A stretch of DNA of 64,000 nt from Octopus bimaculoides (GCF_001194135.2 NC_068985.1:35983991-36047990); one strand, 5' to 3'. Positions 48,253 to 62,760 are shown, counted from the first letter of the stretch. Program-made: numbers and translations. Notes: generated from the letters alone by a model not told the origin.

Positions 48253-50239
48253 NNNNNNNNNNNNNNNNNNNNNNNNNNNNNNNNNNNNNNNNNNNNNNNN
48301 NNNNNNNNNNNNNNNNNNNNNNNNNNNNNNNNNNNNNNNNNNNNNNNNNNNNNNNNNNNNNNNNNNNNNNNNNNNNNNNNNNNNNNNNNNNNNNNNNNNN
48401 NNNNNNNNNNNNNNNNNNNNNNNNNNNNNNNNNNNNNNNNNNNNNNNNNNNNNNNNNNNNNNNNNNNNNNNNNNNNNNNNNNNNNNNNNNNNNNNNNNNN
48501 NNNNNNNNNNNNNNNNNNNNNNNNNNNNNNNNNNNNNNNNNNNNNNNNNNNNNNNNNNNNNNNNNNNNNNNNNNNNNNNNNNNNNNNNNNNNNNNNNNNN
48601 NNNNNNNNNNNNNNNNNNNNNNNNNNNNNNNNNNNNNNNNNNNNNNNNNNNNNNNNNNNNNNNNNNNNNNNNNNNNNNNNNNNNNNNNNNNNNNNNNNNN
48701 NNNNNNNNNNNNNNNNNNNNNNNNNNNNNNNNNNNNNNNNNNNNNNNNNNNNNNNNNNNNNNNNNNNNNNNNNNNNNNNNNNNNNNNNNNNNNNNNNNNN
48801 NNNNNNNNNNNNNNNNNNNNNNNNNNNNNNNNNNNNNNNNNNNNNNNNNNNNNNNNNNNNNNNNNNNNNNNNNNNNNNNNNNNNNNNNNNNNNNNNNNNN
48901 NNNNNNNNNNNNNNNNNNNNNNNNNNNNNNNNNNNNNNNNNNNNNNNNNNNNNNNNNNNNNNNNNNNNNNNNNNNNNNNNNNNNNNNNNNNNNNNNNNNN
49001 NNNNNNNNNNNNNNNNNNNNNNNNNNNNNNNNNNNNNNNNNNNNNNNNNNNNNNNNNNNNNNNNNNNNNNNNNNNNNNNNNNNNNNNNNNNNNNNNNNNN
49101 NNNNNNNNNNNNNNNNNNNNNNNNNNNNNNNNNNNNNNNNNNNNNNNNNNNNNNNNNNNNNNNNNNNNNNNNNNNNNNNNNNNNNNNNNNNNNNTTTCAT
49201 TAACGGGTCTCAAACTGTATACTGACCGAAAGTAAATTTTTATCACCTCACCCCCACACTTTTCACCAAAAGAGAGGAAAAACCATGAAAATCCTGATTC
49301 AGAAAAAATATGCGGCCCGGATATTTTGGAAATTTTTTTTTTTTGGTGGAAAGCTTGGGATGAGGTGGTAAAAATTTACCAGAAAGGTATCTTGTTTTAT
49401 GCATCATCCTTTAAATCTTAAGGTCTTGCAAACTTTAATAGTCCCAGATATTGCGACCATTTGTAGTTGAATTATTTTCACAATCTCCACAATTCTTGAA
49501 GAAATGCAAAGATCATAAATAATGCTCTTCTTACTTAGACTAATGGTGCACAACAAAGGAGAGAATTTCCAAAGAAGAAAAAAGTTATTAAAAATTGCAG
49601 AATTATAATACAAACAAATTACTTCTGTCAATATTTCATGCTTCCATATAAGATAAGTTGTTTTCCGCTTCTATATAAATAAAAGTGAAATTCTGTCTGT
49701 CCGTGACCCCTGTATCTCAGTCTACATTTGCCCTGCATAGACATATACCTTTTTGGAATCAGGATGATCCCAGGGTTGAAAATCTGACTTTCATTTGGTT
49801 CTTGAACATCCAGCATTGGGATCTGACGAAAGAGCATTTGGGTGACTGTGAGAGATTTTAAATGGTTTACAAGCGCTATAATAATAAATGCGACATTCTG
49901 TGTTAGAAAACTGACCAAAACTTTTTGAATTTAATACCAAACCTTTGTGACAGTTACCTCCATTAGCTACAATAATACAATTAGCTAGAGTCAAGGACAA
50001 TCACTCTAAATCATTGGACTTCACCTCTTGCAGCAGTGCTTTTCCTATGTTGGTTGTTCCAGAGTTGGAAATGGCAACAATCTCTTCATAGTAACACCAC
50101 AGTTAAAACCAAGAATTTTGTTCAGCTTTACAGTGATCTCCAAATATCACAATGATACAAAATTCTCCAAATATGATACTCTGTGATATAAATTTGAGAT
50201 GGTAGGATACCAATAAATGTTTCATTATTATTGCTCTCA

Positions 50240-50460
50240 TAAGGTAGTTAGCTAGCAGAAACGTTAGCACGCCGAGTGTAATGCTTAGCGGTATTTCATC
50301 TGTCTTTACATTCTGAGTTCAAATTCTGCCGAGGTCAACTATGCCTTTCATCCTTTCAGGGTCGATAAATTAAGTACCAGTTGCATCCTGGGTCAATCTA
50401 ATTGACTGGTCCCCTCCCCCCAAATTTCGGGCCTTGTGCCTAGAGTAGAGATTATTATTG
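50240..50460 (+). mobile_element. Second tRNA-derived SINE family (other copies near 35640-35870, 37630-37830, 45320-45630, 25960-26140)
   Basis: gcagaaacgttagcacgccg...gagttcaaatt(c)cgccgaggtc...ggggtcgat...(att)n tail shared among copies. Confidence 0.75.
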
Positions 50461-51333
50461 CTCTCTTCTGTTTGGGACTGAAGGCTCAATAAGCCCTCAA
50501 CAGGAACTAACTTAAAAGTCTGCATGGAGTGTGACTTTGAAGCTAGTTCGTAATAGTTGTAAAGCTTAAAATCTGTCTCAACAACTATTTATTGGGATTT
50601 TCCCTGGATGTTTAATTTTAGTCTTTATAGTATTTTAAATGTTAATTATACTTTCACTTATTTAACTGACCCTACTCTAATACTTACCCAATCCTTTTTC
50701 CCTAGAGAGTCATCCTTCTAGAATACCCTCTTCACCTATGTTTCTCCTGCTGTCATTAAATTACAGTCATTCAAAAAGAGCATCAACCATATCAAGCTCA
50801 CCAATCTTGGAAGGTCTGAAAAGATCATGAATGTAGTCCTTTCCTTCTGACTAAAGCCATTAAAAAAGAAAAAAGTCAATATTTTTTCTGTAATGAAAAA
50901 AGTCTAAGTATATTAAACATATATGTTTTATTCACACTAGAAAGAGAAGACATGTAAAGGTGGTTCAGCAAAGTTGATCTCAGAACAGTAAAGCATCCAG
51001 TTTGTCAACTTTACTTTGCTGTCTCCACTGCTCTGTGAGGAAGATTCACCTGGAGCTTTCGTATGTCTCATGAGCCTATAGATCTGAACTTAAAAAGTTC
51101 CTTTCAAACCTGGGCAAGATATTTTCTAAGGAATATCAGAACTTAGTATCAGTGATGGAATGACACAGGTGTGTCTGGCAAAATGTTCTTTGGTGGCCAG
51201 TTCCATTCCCTCAGTTCTGAGTTCAAATTTTGAAGCCAAAATTCATTTTCATCTTTATATTTACCTTTGTAGCATATGCCTTAAGGGATACTTCTCTCTT
51301 TCTCTCTCTGTTATATATATACATGGATACAGA

Positions 51334-52296
51334 CGTAGTGGATAACAGCTAGCCTTTGCCCACACTTTTGGACCCTGTTGTGTCCATCACTCTGTTTGGT
51401 TGGTATTGGCGCATTTTGTCTCCTGTTCTATTGTGCGCCAAGATGCAACCCAACCAATCGCAGCCTTCAGATAATGTCGCATGAGACAGGCTTTTCTGAA
51501 CCCCAGTTTGAGCTGACTGAATGTTATAAACAGCTAGCTTCTCACTGTCACAGTTTGTCAGTCTTCTCGGCTCCAAACCTTCTGAGGTTTAGCCGCTGAC
51601 TACAGAGCACACAGCCAGTTCCAGCGACGACAACAGCCACATGGAGGCTCAACACTCAACCAGCAGCTTACGGCAAACTCCATCTTCGTCGCCACCATCA
51701 TCTTCTTAACTACACCAACTTCTCTACGTACACACCACCAGCAGTATTCGCAAAGGTTCTATCTCCACACTGTTTGTGAATTACTTCACCATGGTTAACA
51801 GCGAGTACAACCTGCGAGACCTCCTGTACCAAGTAACTGGCCACAGCATCGTAGCCTCAACTTCTCGGGCGACAGTATCTTTTCTCGGCTCTGCTTTGCT
51901 GCCAAGACTTCTTGTACAGCACCTCTACCACTGTGTACCTTGAATATGAACTGGTATTTATCGTCCTTCTGTCTGGACTTTCTTCTAACGCCCTTATAGA
52001 CTGTTTTCTATGCTCTGTACTTATCACACACACAAACATCCATGTTTGTACACACATACACTTTGCTTACATGACGACCTGTCTATTATTATGTTTATAT
52101 GTTGCACTCACATACACAGACACACATGTTGACGTATCAATAAAATCTTCTCTTAAACCTTCTACCGGTTGTGTCTCTCTTTACCCTCTAGCACTTATAC
52201 TCATTTATCCTCTTTTTGTACTTTTATTTGTATCGACCGTGCGATGTACTAAAGGAGCCATTCCACGTCACCTCTCCTTGTCGCACGGTCCTTACA
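51334..52296 (+). mobile_element. Possible solo LTR (~960 bp)
   Basis: CpG-rich unique block; starts cgtag (TGTAG-like) and ends cttaca; TATA-like ttataaa (~51523) and AATAAA (~52139); no TSD found. Confidence 0.35.
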
Positions 52297-53609
52297 CCTT
52301 TCTTTCCAGCAATTATTTTTGTGCATATGATTTCTGGTTCTGTTCTACTGCACAGTACCTTGAGCAAGTGTTTACTTCTATAGTCCCAGGTCGACCAACG
52401 CCTCATGATTGAATGTGGTAGACAGAAACTGTGTAGAAGCCCATCGTTTGTTTATGTGTATGTGTGTCCCCTCTCCACTGCTCGACAACTGGTGTTGGTT
52501 TGTTTACGTCTCTAATTTAGCGGTTTGACAAGAGATGATAGCATGAGTCCCAGATTTAAAAAAAAGTACTGGGGTCGATTTGTTCGACTAAACCCTTCAA
52601 GGTGGTGTCCCAGCATGGCTGCAGTCCAATGACTGGAAAGCGTAAGAGATAAAGGATATGGTACGCATTATTGAAATATAAATTGACCTCAGTACATGAC
52701 TGAAACATATCTTATCATTTACTTCCAAGAGGAATGAAAATAAAAGTTGACCTTCGTGTAATTTGAACTCAGAACATAATAAATGGTCGCAACTAAATGC
52801 CACATATTATTTTGTCTGATGCGCTATCGATGTTGTCAATCCAAATTCCACATTAATATTTATACATAAGCATTCACTGATGCAGTCGTCTTTTCTCTCA
52901 CTTTTTTACTTTACATCTCTAGCATTCCTATGATTGTCTATCTATCCGTTTGTTTCATTGTTTCTACGCCTGTTCATGTGTCTATTCATCTATTTATGAT
53001 AGGGTTACCTTCAGAAGAGGGCTACGGAGGCCACTCACACGAGGAAGGACTCACTACATTTGTCACCCCGCTACACCGTAATGTTCTTTCACGGGTCTGT
53101 CAACTCATCTCTTTCTTTTTCGTCATTCATTCCATCCATCCATTCCTTTTTGTTTCGATGGATGTGGTGGGCGTTGTTATTATTCATGTTTGATTTTCAT
53201 GGCTTAATCACAGCTCTACAAAGCACTAGGATTATTATTTACTATCTCCGAAGAATTGAAAGCTCATAAAAAGTTGAGGCCAAGAAATCAAGTTCCATTC
53301 GATGTAGGAAGCAAGAACTTCATATCAACCTTCAAGGCAAAGAGGAATTAACAGCGAATTGAAACAATACGGACTTCGATCAAGGTTGAGTCCAGCGAGA
53401 AGCTTCTCTTCAATTTGACTTGTTGAATGAATGCAACTGGATATAAGTGGTATATTAGGAAAGGAAATGAAAATAAATAAATAAATGAAATGAAATGAAT
53501 ACCATTAGAGAAAGGAAAAAAAGAACTAAAATCAAAAAACGTAAACACACATACGCATACACACAACCACATATATACACAATGAGATACTGATTATAAC
53601 AATATGTAC

Positions 53610-53652
<43 letters not shown>

Positions 53653-56600
53653 ACGATTACACTGAGAAAAGGAGATACAAAAGGGGGGAAAAGTCGAAGA
53701 AATAGAAATGTATAACAAAGAATAGAATTGAGGAAAAGGGAGAATGGATCAAAGGAATGAAAGAAAAAGAAACAATAAATGAAGGAAGAAATTATAATGA
53801 CAATAAGACAGGCACACACAAGATAGAATAGAATAGAATAGAATAGATAGATATGGATAGACAGATAGTGGTGATGATGGTAAAGGAAGAAGCAGGGAAA
53901 TAAAAGACAAGTTACAGAGTCGCTTGATTGAAACAGATCAGATGAAAAGAAAGACTGACATAAGTAAATGGACTTTAAGAAAGAGAACAGCTGAATGAAA
54001 ATTTTGAGGATTGGATCATGATAGTAAAACAGGAATCATTGAAGCTTAGGTCTCCGAAATGTAGGAGGGAAAAATTTAGTGAAGTGAGAAATGAAAATGA
54101 GACGAGAAAGAAAGAATAAGAGAAAGAGAAATGAGAGTGAAAGAAGAAAACAGCACAAGTCAATAAAAGAGGAAGAAAAAAGAAAAAAACTAAATGGGAC
54201 ACGAAAATTGAAAAACAAAACTGAGAGACCCAGTATTGAAAGTAGAAACAAGAGAAGCAGCGAAACATTAGATTTTAAAAAATGAAATGAAATAACTGCC
54301 AGCGAAGTAAGTAATGAGCGAATGGAAATGAGAAGGCAGGGGAAACAAAGGGGAGGAAGTAATTGGGAAGAGAAAGAAAGATAGAAATACTGATAGAGAG
54401 GGAGTAATGAAAGAGAGCAAGGGAAATGATGATAAAAAGTGATAACGAGTGAATAGGAGAATAAAGTAGAGAGAGAGAGAGAGAGAGTGAGAGGCAGACA
54501 GCCAGAATGGCCGAAAAGAGACGTATGTTAGAGAAAGAGAAAGAAAAACCAGAGAAATGAGAGTAAGTTAAAGAGAGAAAAGAAGATAAATTAAAGAGGG
54601 GATACACCTAAAGAGAAATATGAACATGAGAGACAAAAAGGAAAGAAGAATGAAAGAAGAATTACAGAACACAATAGAAAAGAGCGCTTCAATTACGAAG
54701 AAAAAGAATAAGATTAATAGAGAAGTTGGAGGGAAAGAACAACAAAGAGGGCCAGAAAGAGAGAGAGTAAAATACATTTAAAAAAAAATCAATCAGCTTT
54801 AAGATAGGAAAGATGATTAGTGATAGAAGTGATGAATAAAGAAACAAAGTGTGAGACGGATCAAAATGTGAGGAGTGTATATGTATCCACAACCTACGAC
54901 CCACCCGTAGTAAGATTGAACAGCCTCTGCAATTTAGTCATAAGAGAACCAATACTCTTCACTTAACTTTCGTTTTCTAACTATCTCTCTTTTTATGTTT
55001 GTGGGTGAGGAGAGAGAGAGAAAGAAAGAAAGTGAGAGAGAGAGCTTCATATTCTTTACTGTCTCCCCCACTCCCCCAAAAAAGAGAAAACAAAAATTAA
55101 AAATATATCGAGAGAAAGGAAAGAGTTAGATAGTCTTCAAAATTTAAGAATGCACTATTATTATTGTTGCAATTATTGAAAGAGATGTCAATATCAAAAC
55201 AAAAATCACACCAAAATAATAACATCAGTGTTGATAGCTAAACTATAACATCAATAACTACAATAATAACAACGAAATGCCAACTAGCTAAAGAGAGAGA
55301 GAGAGAAGGGGCTGTTGAGTGTGAGGGAGGCTGGGTGAGTGAGAGAGCAACTGAATGATTGAGTAAAAGAGAGAGAGAGATAGATAAATCGTATAGAGTA
55401 GTTAACTCGAACATATACGAAGAACAGACTCTAACGGCTGGCTTGATTTGCAATGGTTCCTGTTGATGTTGTTGCTGTTGTAGTGGTTTCTCTTTCTTTT
55501 TCTTCGCCGTCGTATACATCGTCATCGCTGAAGGATTACTCTATTGGATGATATGAATTCTTTGGCAGGTAGGTAAATGAATTTGATTAGGGATAACTGT
55601 TTGAGACAGTCACTTAAGGTCTGTCGCACATACATCTCCGACACATACGCCTGTCTTTCAAGCCTTTTGTCTCTTCCTCACCCCCTCTTTTCTCCCAATA
55701 AACTGTCAATCTGCTACAATTGTATTTTCTGAGCTTTAGTGATTCTCATCTTTATCAAACCGTCCGACAAGTTATTGACATGACCAAGCTGCAAGTGTCT
55801 TGTTTCCATCAACTAGAACATGCTGCTATCTGTCACATAAGAACGAACTATGCATGACCACAATAAAACGCACGAACACAACTGGTGTGCTTTTGTCAAT
55901 CTTTGTTTCAAATTCTCCAAAATGTATTTCCCATGTTTTTTAAACACTTTGTCCTGTTCAGACAAACCCCCTTTGTCTCAGTTTATTAGTGATTATATCG
56001 ATAATAATAGCAGTGGTGATGAGTAGCAAGTCAACGATGTAACTCTGGAGATAATGTTCATGTTAATGATGAAAACAATATAATATATTACCTCTCTAGA
56101 TTGCAATAGTGTTTTGACACACGTGTCATATACACAAATATGCATAAGCATACGAACAGACGAACGAATGCATTCAAACGCATATTTGCGTGGTGCGTGT
56201 GTTGTGTGTGCACTTATGTATTTTAAAAACACTCGTATATTTCAAAGGGGAAAAAATCCGGCAGTGAGACTTACGATGTATTTCATGCATATTGCCAATG
56301 AAAAGATCCCACTCTGACACACACACACAGATTTATATATATATATATCATCACTATCTGTCCCCCTCTCCTACATATGTATATATACAAACGTATATAA
56401 GCATATAGAAGTATATTATATAAACATATATATTTATATGATATATATATATATTAAAACACACACACACACACACTCATAAATATAGGCATATGTACGA
56501 GTATGTATGCTCCTATATATGCTTGTATATGTGTGTGTGTAAATATAACCATGCTCATGCTGTATACATATACAGGTAAATTTATAAAGATAGCTAGCTA

Positions 56601-57859
56601 GCTAGATAGATAGATAGACATAAAGTGTAAATGTAAGCCTTCACACATATATGTATATATGTTTGTGTATACATATACAACTATGTGAATGATGTATAAA
56701 AATAGGCAAATATCCGTATATGTATGAGTGTGTGTGTGTTTGTGTATATATATACACACACGTTTGCATATGTGTGTTTATATATTTACTCTTTATAGAT
56801 ATGTTTATATGCATATGTTTGTATGTATATATATTGATACTTACATATGTGTGTATGTGTGCGTATGGTCAAATACTTAAAAAGTTCATATCACAGTCGC
56901 AATGTATCTTTGATGCCACTGCATTGCATGTTGGGCAAGTGTCTTTTATTATCGTCTTGTATTGACTCAAACTTTGTGAGTGAAAATGGGTAGACAGATT
57001 GTCTACCCTTTGTCACAGTTCAAACCTTGCCACACATCATGTCGTGCTGTTTCAACCTGATGATTTCATTGATGGGTCATCTACTTGTGGAATGCACACC
57101 TGCTTTACATGCTAATTCAATCAGTAAGGAATTCAGTACTTTGATAAATTGAATTCTCATCTCAAAACCTGTGGAGATTGAATTGTACATCATCATCATC
57201 ATCATTTTAACATCTACTTTCCATGCTTGTTCGGGTCAGATGAAATTTGTGGCATAGATTTTTATGGACGGATTTCCTTCTTTTCACTAACCACCTCTTG
57301 TTTTCAAGCAAGATAATATTTCACCACTGTCAGGCAGATTTTCACTGAAGATTGGAAAATGAACAACACTGCTTGTATGATGGTGGCGCTTGTTTACAAC
57401 TATAACGTGATTTTAAGACAGAGACACAATTACACACATATATACATATATCATCATCATCGTTTAACGTCCGCTTTCCATGCTAGCATGGGTTGGACGA
57501 TTTGACTGAGGACTGGTGAACCAGATGGCTACACCAGGCTCCAATCTGATTTGGCAGAGTTTCTACAGCTGGATGCCCTTCCTAACGTCAACCACTCCGA
57601 GAGTGTAGTGGGTGTTTTTACGTGCCACCAGCACAAAGGCCATATATATATATATACATACACATGTACATACATATGTACATGTGTATGTGCATGTGTG
57701 TGTGTATTCATCATCATCATCATCGTTTAATGTCTCTTTTTTCATGCTAGCATAGGTTGAATTGTTTGGCATAAACTAACAAGCCAGAGGGCTGTACTGA
57801 GCTCCAGTGTCTGTTTTAGCATGGTTTCTACAGCTGGAAGCTCTTCTTAATGCCAACCA

Positions 57860-58170
57860 CTTCACAGTGTGTTGTTGTTTGTTCCTTTTCGAGTCATGCC
57901 TGGCTCATAAGGGCTGGTTTCCCAGTTTCATTGGCATATAGGTTCCCCACCTGGATGGAATGCTGGTCCGTCACTGGTGAGCTGCTAGATGCAGGAGGAA
58001 AGAGTGAGAGAAAGTTGTGGCAAAAGAGTCAGCAGAAGTTTGCCATTACCTTCTGCCGGAGCCATGTGGAGCTTAGGTCTTTTGCTCATAAGCACACACA
58101 TCGCCTGGTTCGAACCCGCAATCCCTTGACTGCGAGTCTACTGCTCTAAACCACTAGGCCATGTGCCTCC
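57860..58170 (-). mobile_element. Third tRNA-derived SINE
   Basis: Minus-strand A-box TGGCCTAGTGG and B-box GGTTCGAACC, followed by a non-tRNA body; no acceptor stem, so not a tRNA gene. Confidence 0.7.
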
Positions 58171-58639
58171 ACTCTTCCCAGTGTACTGGGTGTTTTTTTC
58201 AGGGCACCAGCAAGACAAGCTCCCTCAACTAAGAGAGATATAGTTTTGAGGGATATAAAAGTATTAGAGAAGGAGAAGACAAGAGTCTTGCTGAAAAGGT
58301 GAATACATGGCTTCCCCATCAAGAAAGAAAGAGAGAGATGTGAGGTCAAGGCACAAGGTGAATATGAGGGACAGAAAAAGGATAGAACAGGAATGTTGGG
58401 TGTCTGATGTAAGTGGGCTAGAGTGAAATTAATGTGAGAGATAATTAGAGATGGAAATTGAGTTGGATGCAAGGAGAGGAAATGAAGGAAAGGAAATAAC
58501 TGTGAGTCAAGGAGGAGGAAGTGACAAAAGATTGTAGTAGGATTACAATTAGAGGATAAGTGGTATCATTTACAACACCTGAGTGAGTAGTGCCACAGAA
58601 GATTGATGGAGGGATGGAGAAGATAAGTTGTGGGATGGG

Positions 58640-61330
58640 GGAAAATTTGACAGGACCTCAGCACTACTGAGATGAATGGGTCTTCTCAAGCACAGTACAT
58701 TACCATTTGTCTTGGTTTCCCATTATCTCTTCCAAGAAGCTCAACATCTTAAGGTCAGCTTTCACCACTTCATCCCACATCTTCCTGAGTCACCCTCTTC
58801 CACTGGCTCCTTCCACATTTAGCAATTGGCTCGTCTTTATACAACTGTCCTCATCCATCTTCATCATATGACCACACCAGCAGTCTTCTCTCCTGCACAC
58901 TATATCTGATGCCTCTTATGTCCAATTTTTCTCTCATGTCTTCTGTCCTACATGCACATTGATGTTTCACATCCAGTGGAGCATGATAGCTTCATTCTTT
59001 TCTAGCCTTCACATGTTCTCTGCATTAACAACCCAAATTTAACTATTATTTAACATTGTTGTTTGTATACGGGCATTGTACAATCTGCCCTTCACTCTGA
59101 GAGAGAGGTGCCTTTTGTTATAGGTAATAGTTCTCTGAACTTTCTCCAAACGTTTCTTATTTTAGCAAAATACTTTCAGCACATCCCTCCCCTCTGCTAA
59201 TTAAATCACCTAGGTAACAGAAACTATCTACTACCTCTAAGGATGTTCCAGAAAATTTACTATATACTTTTAGTGTTTATTGCATCTGTGCACCTGCCAT
59301 AAATAATATCTACTGTCTCTCTTAACCTTCCTGTGATTCCACTGCACCTCTTATGTGTTCATAGTTTGCGCTGTGTACAACATATAGAATTTCTACCAAC
59401 ACCCCTTCTACATATTGAACAGGGTCATTTATCTGAGCGATTAACACTCTATTTTCCTGCTAACTAGAACTTTGGTCTTTCCTAAGTTAACTTCAAGGCC
59501 TTTTGACTCCAGATTTGTTTCCACACCTGGAATTTCATTTCTAATTCTGCTACAGTTTCAGCTGTGAGAATAAGTTCATCAGCATAGAGGAATTCCTATG
59601 GCCAGCCCGTCTTAACTTCCTCTATTATGACAGGAGGACTATGATAAATAAGAGGGAACAGATAACCGAACCTTTATGAACTCCTACCTGCACACTAGAT
59701 TTATTACTATATGCATTGTTAACACTCATCTTAAGGACAGCATCCATGTAAATTGTTTAAACACCTCTCACTAGCCATTCATCTACTTCTAGCTTCTGAA
59801 GTAACCTCACAATTAGGGAGCAAGACACCCTTTCTAGTTCAGTGAATGCCAAGTACAGTGGTTTACGTTTTGCTAATTTCTTCTCCTGCAGTTGCTGAAC
59901 TCTAAAGAAATCATCTCTTTGGCACAACACCAAACTGCATCAAATCTAGGTTAACCTTCTTCCCAATTAATTAAGCACTGACTATTTTGATGACTTTCAT
60001 AAGCTGATCCAGTAATATGATACCTTTGTTATTACTTCTTGCTAAGGTATCTACTTTACCCTACAAACAGTTGACTATGATGATATTACATAAGTCACTT
60101 GGTATGATAGCTTCCTGTACAACATAATGAACTGTATGGCTGACTAGGCTATATCATACTCTACCAGCTATTTTAAACATTTCAGCAGTAATCCCTGATG
60201 AACCAGAAACATTCTGTGTCTTCACATTTTGATTGCTTTGTCTATCACAGGGGTTTTCAAACTTTTTAACTTGCGGACCCCTTTATATTTCAGGCTTTAC
60301 CTTAGGGACCCCCTTATAAACGCTTATGAAATTTATACATAAATATTTGCTTAAAATAACATATATTTTTACATTTATTTATTTAACAATATTTAACAAA
60401 TAGGTTTATTGTCAATTAAAAGATTTCGATTAAAAAACATATATAAAATCAAATTGCCCATAAAAAGTATTTGCTGTCCACAGACCCACTGTCTTGTTCT
60501 TGCGGACCCCCTGTGGTCCACGGACCACAGTTTGAAAAACCCTGGTCTATCACACTTCTATTATCAAGAATGGCTGAACCTTCTGTTTGGTTCACATTAG
60601 AAAGACTCTCTTTCTCCACATTTAGTAGCTTTTCATAATAACATTTCCATGTCTCTTTTCAGAATCACTGAGTGTGAGTGTGCCATTATCCTTCTCCACA
60701 CACTTCTCTCCCACATCTTGATTTTCTCTGATACACTGCCCTGTAATCCAGAACACCTATACCTTCAGTCCACATGCCATAGAACATTGGCACACCTCTT
60801 CTTTTCTGCTTCTCTCTTTACTAAATATACTTATCTCTTAGTTTCTCTTCTAATTGCCTGATATACTTCTCTGTTGCCCCCATATTTCCAAACCTTCCAA
60901 GCCTGCCTTTTATTTTTTATGGCTCCTCTGCCATGTCACCCTTGGTTTGGCTGAAACTTTGCATCAGCCACGAATTTGATTGTTGCCCTCAATAGGTTGT
61001 CCAGAAGGAACTTTTAGTTCTCTACATAAGTCTCTGTCTCTTCTCCCCTGTCAAATGCTTCAATTAATATATCTCTAAATTTCTAACTGTTCATTGAACC
61101 TTTAAGTGTCCATAAGTTCCTTTTACTGACTGGTTTGCATTTCTGGGTCCTTTTAACTCTAAGTTTGAAGTCACTACCCACTTACCTATGTTGGTCTGTA
61201 CAATCCTCACCTGGGGAAAGACTTTGCATTCACAGCATCTGTCCTTCCCATTTTCTAGTCAGAATGTAATCAATCTGGCTTGTGTATTCACCAGACTGAG
61301 AAGTGATCAGCTGACTAGCTGTTTTTAAAT
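58640..61330 (-). mobile_element. Long decayed RTE LINE copy interrupted by a hAT MITE
   Basis: Homologous to 38340-40100 throughout (QFGVVP, KxWDEVVK, endonuclease-RT linker). Confidence 0.8.
60248..60544. mobile_element. 297-bp hAT-type MITE with 8-bp TSD
   Basis: caggggttttcaaac ... gtttgaaaaaccctg; TSD gtctatca at 60240-47 and 60545-52. Confidence 0.88.
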
Positions 61331-62149
61331 TTGTATTGTACATCATCAGGTCATCTGCATGACAGAACCTAAGAGCCTTGTTCTCTCCTCATTTCTAGGA
61401 CTCCTTAGTCCAGAAATTGAAGCTATGATTTTATGACCATGAGTGCAACACCCTAACCAACAGGTTACATCCTTTGACTATATATATTGATGTATGCATT
61501 TCACTCCACATGTATTATTACTAATAGTTTTATATACATGACAAGTATGTTCATCAGGCACTGATTATTCTATGAAATCAAGAAGTTTAAATAGAGGACT
61601 GGGCAAACCATATTTCATAGAAGAATACACTAATAGGTGATCCACTAAACTGAACTGATGCAGAGCATTCAGATGATTTTAAATCGGAAAAAAATATAAA
61701 AAACAAAGTAAAATGTTAAGGTTATAAATTATAAAAATTAAATTAAATCAAATTATAAATGTGTCAATATATAAATATGAAAATATATATAGATCTACAG
61801 ATAATCCAAAGGCTATACAAATATATACAAATACATAAGCTATATGCAATACATAAATTATACAAGTACATAAAAATATAATATACATAAATTGCATAAA
61901 AATATAAATGGGAAAACTCTATGGTATCTGTTATAAAGGTCTATAATTATAATATATAAAAATAAAAATTACAAAAAGAATACAAAAGGATGGAAAAAAA
62001 TATAATGTAAATATAAATATGAGATATATATCGACACAATGAAAGAAGAAACTATATCTATATTCTTAGGCGTTATAAAATAAAGTAGAAAAATCGACCA
62101 ATCAATCAGGAATTGGTGGAATCTTCCCATTTTTTAAGATATATTTAAA

Positions 62150-62510
62150 CATGTTTACATCCACTAAAAATCTCTGACCTCGAGTTATATCAAGTTCGGA
62201 ATCTTAGATCTAAATAAAATCTGTGCCCTTTCGGCCAAGCAAAGCATACATCTATTAGATCCTTTTTTTAATTTAGACCTTACTATTATTCCCTATTTGA
62301 TCACATTTGATACATTTTTCTCTTTCACGGCCCAAATGCAGCTTGCCAACTTTGGTTTTGCTTTTCTCTGTAGTGGAATGATGCCATGTGGTTAGTGTAG
62401 CGTTTTTTAGAAATTCTTTCACATAATCCGATGTATGTTCTTTTATTGGTTGCGTCACTATTATTAAGGGTTGCCAAGACCCCTGGTCTGTATATAATGA
62501 ACTTCATCAT
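62150..62510 (-). mobile_element. Penelope-like GIY-YIG endonuclease fragment (different family from 32666-33728)
   Basis: Track ORF: IIYR...NKRTYIGLCERISKKRYTNHMASF (GIY...YIG...R...H). Confidence 0.75.
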
Positions 62511-62760
62511 ACACATCCAATGGAGCTTCCTGGATCTGCCCATGTAAAAGTACACTAGTGTCATGCAAATGGCACCCGTGCTGGTGGCATGTAAAAGCAC
62601 CCATTACACTCTCTGTGTGGTAAGCATTAGGAAGGGCATTCAGCCATAGAAAACCATACCAAATCAGACTGGAGTCTGGTGCAGCCTTCAAGCATACCAG
62701 CCCAGTCAAACCATCCAAACCATGCCAGCATGGACAACAGATGTTAAATGATGATGATAC
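62510..62760 (+). mobile_element. RTE 3'UTR fragment (similar copies at 13180-13400 and 57190-57900)
   Basis: Same tail family as 1050-1445; ends gatgttaaatgatgatgat. Confidence 0.7.

Noticed and set aside
49670-49990. TCTATATAAATAAAAGTGAAATTCTGTCTGTC, resembling a Helitron 5' end
   Set aside because: No A|T insertion context and no convincing 3' hairpin plus CTRR end.
58085-58165. tRNA-like A and B boxes
   Set aside because: No acceptor stem, and it continues into a repeat body; it is a SINE head, not a tRNA gene.
61510-61565. CUGAUGA...AAAAC-UAUUA-GUA on the minus strand, downstream of the second GIY-YIG fragment
   Set aside because: G12 is missing, stem II is imperfect and stem I does not pair; cannot be supported as a ribozyme.
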